DNA from: Nemertoderma westbladi
Lineage: Eukaryota; Animalia; Xenacoelomorpha
Reading direction: 5' to 3'
Assembly: GCA_032718475.1 (NCBI GenBank)
Contig: JAUCBJ010006818.1
Coordinates: forward strand, 1 to 64,000
Length of the DNA: 64,000 bases
The position numbers and the translations under genes were made by a program. Positions within the stretch are counted from its first letter, which is position 1, and the number at the start of each line of letters is the position of its first letter. The notes under the pieces were generated by a model. It had not been told where the DNA came from. It saw only the letters and a program-made list of their open reading frames with translations, and searched no databases. Shown here piece after piece: positions 50,101-62,100 of this stretch.

Positions 50101-53100
50101 TTCCTTGATGGAGTTAGTCCAGGTCCAGTAACTACTAACCGAGTTGAATTCCTTGATGGAGTTAGTCCAGGTCCAGTAACTACTAACCGAGTTGAATTCC
50201 TTGGAGTTAGTCCAGGTCCAGTAACTACTAACCGAGTTGAATTCCTTGGAGTTAGTCCAGGTCCAGTAACTACTAACCGAGTTGAATTCCTTGGTGGAGT
50301 TCGTCCACGTCCAGTAACTACTAACCGTGTTGAATTCCTTGGAGTTAGTCCAGGTCCAGTAACTACTAACCGAGTTGAATTCCTTGATGGAGTTAGTCCA
50401 GGTCCAGTAACTACTAACCGAGTTGAATTCCTTGGTGGAGTTAGTCCAGGTCCAGTAACTACTAACCGAGTTGAATTCCTTGATGGAGTTAGTCCAGGTC
50501 CAGTAACTACTAACCGAGTTGAATTCCTTGATGGAGTTAGTCCAGGTCCAGTAACTACTAACCGAGTTGAATTCCTTGATGGAGTTAGTCCAGGTCCAGT
50601 AACTACTAACCGAGTTGAATTCCTTGGTGGAGTTAGTCCAGGTCCAGTAACTACTAACCGAGTTGAATTCCTTGGAGTTAGTCCAGGCCCAGTAACTACT
50701 AACCGAGTTGAATTCCTTGGAGTTAGTCCAGGTCCAGTAACTACTAACCGTGTTGAATTCCTTGGTGGAGTTAGTCCAGGTCCAGTAACTACTAACCGAG
50801 TTGAATTCCTTGGAGTTAGTCCAGGTCCAGTAACTACTAACCGTGTTGAATTCCTTGGTGGAGTTAGTCCAGGTCCAGTAACTACTAACCGTGTTGAATT
50901 CCTTGGTGGAGTTAGTCCAGGTCCAGTAACTACTAACCGAGTTGAATTCCTTGGAGTTAGTCCAGGTCCAGTAACTACTAACCGTGTTGAATTACTTGAT
51001 GGAGTTAGTCCAGGCCCAGTAACTACTAACCGAGTTGAATTCCTTGGAGTTAGTCCAGGTCCAGTAACTACTAACCGTGTTGAATTCCTTGGTGGAGTTC
51101 GTCCAGGTCCAGTAACTACTAACCGAGTTGAATTCCTTGGAGTTAGTCCAGGCCCAGTAACTACTAACCGAGTTGAATTCCTTGATGGAGTTAGTCCAGG
51201 TCCAGTAACTACTAACTGAGTTGAATTCCTTGATGGAGTTAGTCCAGGTCCAGTAACTACTAACCGAGTTGAATTCCTTGGAGTTAGTCCAGGCCCAGTA
51301 ACTACTAACCGAGTTGAATTCCTTGATGGAGTTAGTCCAGGTCCAGTAACTACTAACCGAGTTGAATTCCTTGGTGGAGTTCGTCCAGGTCCAGTAACTA
51401 CTAACCGAGTTGAATTCCTTGGAGTTAGTCCAGGCCCAGTAACTACTAACCGAGTTGAATTCCTTGATGGAGTTAGTCCAGGTCCAGTAACTACTAACCG
51501 AGTTGAATTCCTTGATGGAGTTAGTCCAGGTCCAGTAACTACTAACCGAGTTGAATTCCTTGGAGTTAGTCCAGGCCCAGTAACTACTAACCGAGTTGAA
51601 TTCCTTGGAGTTAGTCCAGGTCCAGTAACTACTAACCGTGTTGAATTCCTTGGTGGAGTTCGTCCACGTCCAGTAACTACTAACCGAGTTGAATTCCTTG
51701 GAGTTAGTCCAGGTCCAGTAACTACTAACCGAGTTGAATTCCTTGATGGAGTTAGTCCAGGTCCAGTAACTACTAACCGTGTTGAATTCCTTGGAGTTAG
51801 TCCAGGTCCAGTAACTACTAACCGTGTTGAATACCTTGGTGGAGTTCGTCCAGGTCCAGTAACTACTAACCGAGTTGAATTCCTTGGAGTTAGTCCAGGT
51901 CCAGTAACTACTAACCGAGTTGAATTCCTTGGAGTTAGTCCAGGTCCAGTAACTACTAACCGTGTTGAATTCCTTGATGGAGTTAGTCCAGGTCCAGTAA
52001 CTACCAACCGTGTTGAATTCCTTGGAGTTAGTCCAGGTCCAGTAACTACTAACCGTGTTGAATTCCTTGATGGAGTTAGTCCAGGTCCAGTAACTACTAA
52101 CCGAGTTGAATTCCTTGATGGAGTTAGTCCAGGTCCAGTAACTACTAACCGAGTTGAATTCCTTGATGGAGTTAGTCCAGGTCCAGTAACTACTAACCGA
52201 GTTGAATTCCTTGGAGTTAGTCCAGGTCCAGTAACTACTAACCGAGTTGCATTCCCGATGGAGTTAGTCCAGGTCCAGTAACTACTAACCGAGTTGAATT
52301 CCTTGATGGAGTTAGTCCAGGTCCAGTAACTACTAACCGAGTTGAATTCCTTGATGGAGTTAGTCCAGGTCCAGTAACTACTAACCGAGTGGAATTCCTT
52401 GGAGTTAGTCCAGGTCCAGTAACTACTAACCGTGTTGAATTCCTTGATGGAGTTAGTCCAGGTCCAGTAACTACTAACCGTGTTGAATTCCTTGATGGAG
52501 TTAGTCCAGGTCCAGTAACTACTAACCGAGTTGAATTCCTTGGAGTTAGTCCAGGTCCAGTAACTACTAACCGAGTTGAATTCCTTGATGGAGTTAGTCC
52601 AGGTCCAGTAACTACTAACCGTGTTGAATTCCTTGATGGAGTTAGTCCAGGTCCAGTAACTACTAACCGAGTTGAATTCCTTGGAGTTAGTCCAGGTCCA
52701 GTAACTACTAACCGAGTTGAATTCCTTGATGGAGTTAGTCCAGGTCCAGTAACTACTAACCGAGTTGAATTCCTTGGAGTTAGTCCACGTCCAGTAACTA
52801 CTAACCGTGTTGAATACCTTGGTGGAGTTCGTCCACGTCCAGTAACTACTAACCGTGTTGAATTCTTTGGAGTTAGTCCAGGTCCAGTAACTACTAACCG
52901 TGTTGAATTACTTGATGGAGTTAGTCCAGGTCCAGTAACTACTAACCGAGTTGAATTCCTTGATGGAGTTAGTCCAGGTCCAGTAACTACTAACCGAGTT
53001 GAATTCCTTGATGGAGTTAGTCCAGGTCCAGTAACTACTAACCGAGTTGAATTCCTTGGAGTTAGTCCAGGTCCAGTAACTACTAACCGAGTTGAATTCC

Positions 53101-56100
53101 TTGATGGAGTTAGTCCAGGTCCAGTAACTACTAACCGAGTTGAATTCCTTGATGGAGTTAGTCCAGGTCCAGTAACTACTAACCGAGTTGAATTCCTTGA
53201 TGGAGTTAGTCCAGGTCCAGTAACTACTAACCGTGTTGAATTCCTTGATGGAGTTAGTCCAGGTCCAGTAACTACTAACCGAGTTGAATTCCTTGATGGA
53301 GTTAGTCCAGGTCCAGTAACTACTAACCGAGTTGAATTCCTTGATGGAGTTAGTCCAGGTCCAGTAACTACTAACCGAGTTGAATTCCTTGATGGAGTTA
53401 GTCCAGGTCCAGTAACTACTAACCGTGTTGAATTCCTTGATGGAGTTAGTCCAGGTCCAGTAACTACTAACCGAGTTGAATTCCTTGGAGTTAGTCCAGG
53501 TCCAGTAACTACTAACCGAGTTGAATTCCTTGATGGAGTTAGTCCAGGTCCAGTAACTACTAACCGAGTTGAATTCCTTGGAGTTAGTCCAGGTCCAGTA
53601 ACTACTAACCGAGTTGAATTCCTTGATGGAGTTAGTCCACGTCCAGTAACTACTAACCGTGTTGAATACCTTGGTGGAGTTCGTCCACGTCCAGTAACTA
53701 CTAACCGTGTTGAATTCCTTGATGGAGTTAGTCCAGGTCCAGTAACTACTAACCGAGTTGAATTCCTTGATGGAGTTAGTCCAGGTCCAGTAACTACTAA
53801 CCGAGTTGAATTCCTTGGAGTTAGTCCAGGTCCAGTAACTACTAACCGAGTTGAATTCCTTGATGGAGTTAGTCCAGGTCCAGTAACTACTAACCGAGTT
53901 GAATTCCTTGATGGAGTTAGTCCAGGTCCAGTAACTACTAACCGAGTTGAATTCCTTGGAGTTAGTCCAGGTCCAGTAACTACTAACCGAGTTGAATTCC
54001 TTGATGGAGTTAGTCCAGGTCCAGTAACTACTAACCGAGTTGAATTCCTTGATGGAGTTAGTCCAGGTCCAGTAACTACTAACCGAGTTGAATTCCTTGG
54101 AGTTAGTCCAGGTCCAGTAACTACTAACCGAGTTGAATTCCTTGATGGAGTTAGTCCAGGTCCAGTAACTACTAACCGAGTTTAATTCCTTGGTGGAGTT
54201 CGTCCACGTCCAGTAACTACTAACCGTGTTGAATTCTTTGGAGTTAGTCCAGGTCCAGTAACTACTAACCGAGTTGAATTCCTTGATGGAGTTAGTCCAG
54301 GTCCAGTAACTACTAACCGAGTTGAATTCCTTGGAGTTAGTCCAGGTCCAGTAACTACTAACCGTGTTGAATTACTTGATGGAGTTAGTCCAGGTCCAGT
54401 AACTACTAACCGTGTTGAATTACTTGACGGAGTTAGTCCAGGTCCAGTAACTACTAACCGTGTTGAATACCTTGGTGGAGTTCGTCCACGTCCAGTAACT
54501 ACTAACCGTGTTGAATTCTTTGGAGTTAGTCCAGGTCCAGTAACTACTAACCGAGTTGAATTCCTTGATGGAGTTAGTCCAGGTCCAGTAACTACTAACC
54601 GAGTTGAATTCCTTGGAGTTAGTCCACGTCCAGTAACTACTAACCGTGTTGAATACCTTGGTGGAGTTCGTCCACGTCCAGTAACTACTAACCGTGTTGA
54701 ATTCTTTGGAGTTAGTCCAGGTCCAGTAACTACTAACCGAGTTGAATTCCTTGATGGAGTTAGTCCAGGTCCAGTAACTACTAACCGAGTTGAATTCCTT
54801 GGAGTTAGTCCAGGTCCAGTAACTACTAACCGAGTTGAATTCCTTGATGGAGTTAGTCCAGGTCCAGTAACTACTAACCGAGTTGAATTCCTTGATGGAG
54901 TTAGTCCAGGTCCAGTAACTACTAACCGAGTTGAATTCCTTGATGGAGTTAGTCCAGGTCCAGTAACTACTAACCGTGTTGAATTCCTTGATGGAGTTAG
55001 TCCAGGTCCAGTAACTACTAACCGAGTTGAATTCCTTGATGGAGTTAGTCCAGGTCCAGTAACTACTAACCGAGTTGAATTCCTTGATGGAGTTAGTCCA
55101 GGTCCAGTAACTACTAACCGAGTTGAATTCCTTGATGGAGTTAGTCCAGGTCCAGTAACTACTAACCGTGTTGAATTCCTTGATGGAGTTAGTCCAGGTC
55201 CAGTAACTACTAACCGAGTTGAATTCCTTGGAGTTAGTCCAGGTCCAGTAACTACTAACCGAGTTGAATTCCTTGATGGAGTTAGTCCACGTCCAGTAAC
55301 TACTAACCGTGTTGAATACCTTGGTGGAGTTCGTCCACGTCCAGTAACTACTAACCGTGTTGAATTCCTTGATGGAGTTAGTCCAGGTCCAGTAACTACT
55401 AACCGAGTTGAATTCCTTGATGGAGTTAGTCCAGGTCCAGTAACTACTAACCGAGTTGAATTCCTTGATGGAGTTAGTCCAGGTCCAGTAACTACTAACC
55501 GAGTTGAATTCCTTGATGGAGTTAGTCCAGGTCCAGTAACTACTAACCGTGTTGAATTCCTTGATGGAGTTAGTCCAGGTCCAGTAACTACTAACCGAGT
55601 TGAATTCCTTGGAGTTAGTCCAGGTCCAGTAACTACTAACCGAGTTGAATTCCTTGATGGAGTTAGTCCAGGTCCAGTAACTACTAACCGAGTTTAATTC
55701 CTTGATGGAGTTAGTCCAGGTCCAGTAACTACTAACCGTGTTGAATTCCTTGATGGAGTTAGTCCAGGTCCAGTAACTACTAACCGAGTTGAATTCCTTG
55801 GAGTTAGTCCAGGTCCAGTAACTACTAACCGAGTTGAATTCCTTGATGGAGTTAGTCCACGTCCAGTAACTACTAACCGTGTTGAATACCTTGGTGGAGT
55901 TCGTCCACGTCCAGTAACTACTAACCGTGTTGAATTCCTTGATGGAGTTAGTCCAGGTCCAGTAACTACTAACCGAGTTGAATTCCTTGGAGTTAGTCCA
56001 GGACCAGTAACTACTAACCGAGTTGAATTCCTTGGAGTTAGTCCAGGTCCAGTAACTACTAACCGTGTTGAATACCTTGGTGGAGTTCGTCCAGGTCCAG

Positions 56101-59100
56101 TAACTACTAACCGTGTTGAATTCCTTGATGGAGTTAGTCCAGGTCCAGTAACTACTAACCGTGTTGAATTCCTTGATGGAGTTAGTCCAGGTCCAGTAAC
56201 TACTAACCGTGTTGAATTCCTTGATGGAGTTAGTCCAGGTCCAGTAACTACTAACCGAGTTGAATTCCTTGATGGAGTTAGTCCAGGTCCAGTAACTACT
56301 AACCGTGTTGAATTCCTTGGAGTTAGTCCAGGTCCAGTAACTACTAACCGAGTTGAATTCCTTGATGGAGTTAGTCCAGGTCCAGTAACTACTAACCGAG
56401 TTGAATTCCTTGATGGAGTTAGTCCAGGTCCAGTAACTACTAACCGTGTTGAATTCCTTGGAGTTAGTCCAGGTCCAGTAACTACTAACCGAGTTGAATT
56501 CCTTGATGGAGTTAGTCCAGGTCCAGTAACTACTAACCGTGTTGAATTCCTTGGAGTTAGTCCAGGTCCAGTAACTACTAACCGTGTTGAATTCCTTGGT
56601 GGAGTTAGTCCAGGTCCAGTAACTACTAACCGAGTTGAATTCCTTGGTGGAGTTCGTCCACGTCCAGTAACTACTAACCGAGTTGAATTCCTTGATGGAG
56701 TTAGTCCAGGTCCAGTAACTACTAACCGAGTTGAATTCCTTGATGGAGTTAGTCCAGGTCCAGTAACTACTAACCGTGTTGAATTCCTTGATGGAGTTAG
56801 TCCAGGTCCAGTAACTACTAACCGTGTTGAATTCCTTGGAGTTAGTCCAGGTCCAGTAACTACTAACCGTGTTGAATTCCTTGATGGAGTTAGTCCAGGT
56901 CCAGTAACTACTAACCGAGTTGAATTCCTTGATGGAGTTAGTCCAGGTCCAGTAACTACTAACCGAGTTGAATTCCTTGGAGTTAGTCCAGGTCCAGTAA
57001 CTACTAACCGAGTTGAATTACTTGATGGAGTTAGTCCAGGTCCAGTAACTACTAACCGAGTTGAATTCCTTGGAGTTAGTCCAGGTCCAGTAACTACTAA
57101 CCGAGTTGAATTACTTGACGGAGTTAGTCCAGGTCCAGTAACTATTAACCGAGTTGAATTCCTTGGAGTTAGTCCAGGTCCAGTAACTACTAACCGTGTT
57201 GAATACCTTGGTGGAGTTCGTCCAGGTCCAGTAACTACTAACCGAGTTGAATTCCTTGGAGTTAGTCCAGGTCCAGTAACTACTAACCGTGTTGAATTCC
57301 TTGATGGAGTTAGTCCAGGTCCAGTAACTACTAACCGAGTTGAATTCCTTGATGGAGTTAGTCCAGGTCCAGTAACTACTAACCGAGTTGAATTCCTTGG
57401 AGTTAGTCCAGGTCCAGTAACTACTAACCGAGTTGAATTACTTGATGGAGTTAGTCCAGGTCCAGTAACTACTAACCGAGTTGAATTCCTTGGAGTTAGT
57501 CCAGGTCCAGTAACTACTAACCGAGTTGAATTACTTGACGGAGTTAGTCCAGGTCCAGTAACTACTAACCGTGTTGAATACCTTGGTGGAGTTAGTCCAG
57601 GTCCAGTAACTACTAACCGAGTTGAATTACTTGACGGAGTTAGTCCAGGTCCAGTAACTACTAACCGAGTTGAATTACTTGACGGAGTTAGTCCAGGTCC
57701 AGTAACTACTAAACGGTTGAATTCCTTGATGGAGTTAGTCCAGGTCCAGTAACTACTAACCGAGTTGAATTACTTGACGGAGTTAGTCCAGGTCCAGTAA
57801 CTACTAACCGAGTTGAATTACTTGACGGAGTTAGTCCAGGTCCAGTAACTACTAACCGAGTTGAATTCCTTGATGGAGTTAGTCCAGGTCCAGTAACTAC
57901 TAACCGTGTTGAATACCTTGGTGGAGTTCGTCCAGGTCCAGTAACTACTAACCGAGTTGAATTACTTGACGGAGTTAGTCCAGGTCCAGTAACTACTAAC
58001 CGAGTTGAATTCCTTGGAGTTAGTCCAGGTCCAGTAACTACTAACCGAGTTGAATTCCTTGGAGTTAGTCCAGGTCCAGTAACTACTAACCGAGTTGAAT
58101 TACTTGACGGAGTTAGTCCAGGTCCAGTAACTACTAACGTGTTGAATTCCTTGGAGTTAGTCCAGGTCCAGTAACTACTAACCGAGTTGAATTCCTTGGA
58201 GTTAGTCCAGGTCCAGTAACTACTAACCGTGTTGAATACCTTGGTGGAGTTCGTCCAGGTCCAGTAACTACTAACCGAGTTGAATTCCTTGGAGTTAGTC
58301 CAGGTCCAGTAACTACTAACCGAGTTGAATTCCTTGATGGAGTTAGTCCAGGTCCAGTAACTACTAACGTGTTGAATTCCTTGGAGTTAGTCCAGGTCCA
58401 GTAACTACTAACCGAGTTGAATTCCTTGGAGTTAGTCCAGGTCCAGTAACTACTAACGTGTTGAATTCCTTGGAGTTAGTCCAGGTCCAGTAACTACTAA
58501 CCGAGTTGAATTCCTTGGAGTTAGTCCAGGTCCAGTAACTACTAACCGTGTTGAATTCCTTGGAGTTAGTCCAGGTCCAGTAACTACTAACCGTGTTGAA
58601 TACCTTGGTGGAGTTCGTCCAGGTCCAGTAACTACTAACCGTGTTGAATACCTTGGTGGAGTTAGTCCACGTCCAGTAACTACTAACCGTGTTGAATTCC
58701 TTGATGGAGTTAGTCCAGGTCCAGTAACTACTAACCGAGTTGAATTCCTTGGAGTTAGTCCAGGTCCAGTAACTACTAACCGTGTTGAATACCTTGGTGG
58801 AGTTCGTCCAGGTCCAGTAACTACTAACCGAGTTGAATTCCTTGGAGTTAGTCCAGGTCCAGTAACTACTAACCGAGTTGAATTCCTTGGAGTTAGTCCA
58901 GGTCCAGTAACTACTAACCGTGTTGAATACCTTGGTGGAGTTCGTCCAGGTCCAGTAACTACTAACCGAGTTGAATTCCTTGGAGTTAGTCCAGGTCCAG
59001 TAACTACTAACCGAGTTGAATTCCTTGGAGTTAGTCCAGGTCCAGTAACTACTAACCGAGTTGAATTCCTTGATGGAGTTAGTCCAGGTCCAGTAACTAC

Positions 59101-62100
59101 TAACCGAGTTGAATTACTTGACGGAGTTAGTCCAGGTCCAGTAACTACTAACGTGTTGAATTCCTTGGAGTTAGTCCAGGTCCAGTAACTACTAACCGAG
59201 TTGAATTCCTTGGAGTTAGTCCAGGTCCAGTAACTACTAACCGAGTTGAATTCCTTGGAGTTAGTCCAGGTCCAGTAACTACTAACCGAGTTGAATTCCT
59301 TGGAGTTAGTCCAGGTCCAGTAACTACTAACCGTGTTGAATTCCTTGATGGAGTTAGTCCAGGTCCAGTAACTACTAACCGAGTTGAATTCCTTGGAGTT
59401 AGTCCAGGTCCAGTAACTACTAACCGAGTTGAATTCCTTGGAGTTAGTCCAGGTCCAGTAACTACTAACCGAGTTGAATTCCTTGGAGTTAGTCCAGGTC
59501 CAGTAACTACTAACCGTGTTGAATTCCTTGATGGAGTTAGTCCAGGTCCAGTAACTACTAACCGAGTTGAATTCCTTGGAGTTAGTCCAGGTCCAGTAAC
59601 TACTAACCGTGTTGAATACCTTGGTGGAGTTCGTCCAGGTCCAGTAACTACTAACCGAGTTGAATTCCTTGGAGTTAGTCCAGGTCCAGTAACTACTAAC
59701 CGTGTTGAATACCTTGGTGGAGTTCGTCCAGGTCCAGTAACTACTAACCGAGTTGAATTCCTTGATGGAGTTAGTCCAGGTCCAGTAACTACTAACCGAG
59801 TTGAATTCCTTGGAGTTAGTCCAGGTCCAGTAACTACTAACCGAGTTGAATTACTTGACGGAGTTAGTCCAGGTCCAGTAACTACTAACCGAGTTGAATT
59901 CCTTGGAGTTAGTCCAGGTCCAGTAACTACTAACCGAGTTGAATTACTTGACGGAGTTAGTCCAGGTCCAGTAACTACTAACCGAGTTGAATTCCTTGGA
60001 GTTAGTCCAGGTCCAGTAACTACTAACCGAGTTGAATTCCTTGATGGAGTTAGTCCAGGTCCAGTAACTACTAACCGTGTTGAATACCTTGGTGGAGTTA
60101 GTCCACGTCCAGTAACTACTAACCGTGTTGAATTCCTTGATGGAGTTAGTCCAGGTCCAGTAACTACTAACCGAGTTGAATTACTTGACGGAGTTAGTCC
60201 AGGTCCAGTAACTACTAACCGAGTTGAATTCCTTGGAGTTAGTCCAGGTCCAGTAACTACTAACCGAGTTGAATTCCTTGATGGAGTTAGTCCAGGTCCA
60301 GTAACTACTAACCGAGTTGAATACCTTGGTGGAGTTCGTCCAGGTCCAGTAACTACTAACCGAGTTGAATTACTTGACGGAGTTAGTCCAGGTCCAGTAA
60401 CTACTAACCGAGTTGAATTCCTTGGAGTTAGTCCAGGTCCAGTAACTACTAACCGTGTTGAATTCCTTGATGGAGTTAGTCCAGGTCCAGTAACTACTAA
60501 CCGAGTTGAATTACTTGACGGAGTTAGTCCAGGTCCAGTAACTACTAACCGAGTTGAATTCCTTGGAGTTAGTCCAGGTCCAGTAACTACTAACCGAGTT
60601 GAATTCCTTGATGGAGTTAGTCCAGGTCCAGTAACTACTAACCGAGTTGAATACCTTGGTGGAGTTCGTCCAGGTCCAGTAACTACTAACCGAGTTGAAT
60701 TCCTTGGAGTTAGTCCAGGTCCAGTAACTACTAACCGTGTTGAATTCCTTGATGGAGTTAGTCCAGGTCCAGTAACTACTAACCGAGTTGAATTCCTTGA
60801 CGGAGTTAGTCCAGGTCCAGTAACTACTAACCGAGTTGAATTCCTTGGAGTTCGTCCAGGTCCAGTAACTACTAACCGAGTTGAATTACTTGATGGAGTT
60901 AGTCCAGGTCCAGTAACTACTAACCGAGTTGAATTCCTTGGAGTTAGTCCAGGTCCAGTAACTACTAACCGTGTTGAATACCTTGGTGGAGTTCGTCCAG
61001 GTCCAGTAACTACTAACCGAGTTGAATTCCTTGGAGTTAGTCTAGGTCCAGTAACTACTAACCGTGTTGAATACCTTGGTGGAGTTCGTCCAGGTCCAGT
61101 AACTACTAACCGAGTTGAATTCCTTGGAGTTAGTCTAGGTCCAGTAACTACTAACCGTGTTGAATACCTTGGTGGAGTTAGTCCCGGTTCAGTAACTACT
61201 GACGTGTTGAATTCCTTGGAGTTAGTCCAGGTCCAGTAACTACTAACCGAGTTGAATTCCTTGGAGTTAGTCCAGGTCCAGTAACTACTAACCGAGTTGA
61301 ATTCCTTGGAGTTAGTCTAGGTCCAGTAACTACTAACCGTGTTGAATTCCTTGATGGAGTTAGTCCAGGTCCAGTAACTACTAACCGAGTTGAATTCCTT
61401 GGAGTTAGTCCAGGTCCAGTAACTACTAACCGTGTTGAATACCTTGGTGGAGTTCGTCCAGGTCCAGTAACTACTAACCGAGTTGAATTCCTTGATGGAG
61501 TTAGTCCAGGTCCAGTAACTACTAACCGAGTTGAATTACTTGACGGAGTTAGTCCAGGTCCAGTAACTACTAACCGAGTTGAATTCCTTGGAGTTAGTCC
61601 AGGTCCAGTAACTACTAACCGTGTTGAATACCTTGGTGGAGTTCGTCCAGGTCCAGTAACTACTAACCGAGTTGAATTCCTTGATGGAGTTAGTCCAGGA
61701 CCAGTAACTACTAACCGAGTTGAATTCCTTGATGGAGTTAGTCCAGGTCCAGTAACTACTAACCGAGTTGAATTCCTTGATGGAGTTAGTCCAGGACCAG
61801 TAACTACTAACCGAGTTGAATTCCTTGATGGAGTTAGTCCAGGTCCAGTAACTACTAACCGAGTTGAATTCCTTGATGGAGTTAGTCCAGGTCCAGTAAC
61901 TACTAACCGAGTTGAATTACTTGACGGAGTTAGTCCAGGTCCAGTAACTACTAACCGAGTTGAATTCCTTGGAGTTAGTCCAGGTCCAGTAACTACTAAC
62001 CGAGTTGAATTACTTGACGGAGTTAGTCCAGGTCCAGTAACTACTAACCGTGTTGAATACCTTGGTGGAGTTAGTCCAGGTCCAGTAACTACTAACCGAG

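Noticed and set aside
20645-54185. Giant repeat ORFs (up to 4059 aa) as annotated CDS
   Set aside because: They follow automatically from stop-free monomers of length 3n. Starts are GTG/TTG point variants, there is no unique N- or C-terminus, and amplified frameshifts and stops interrupt them. Kept only as a hypothesis in findings.
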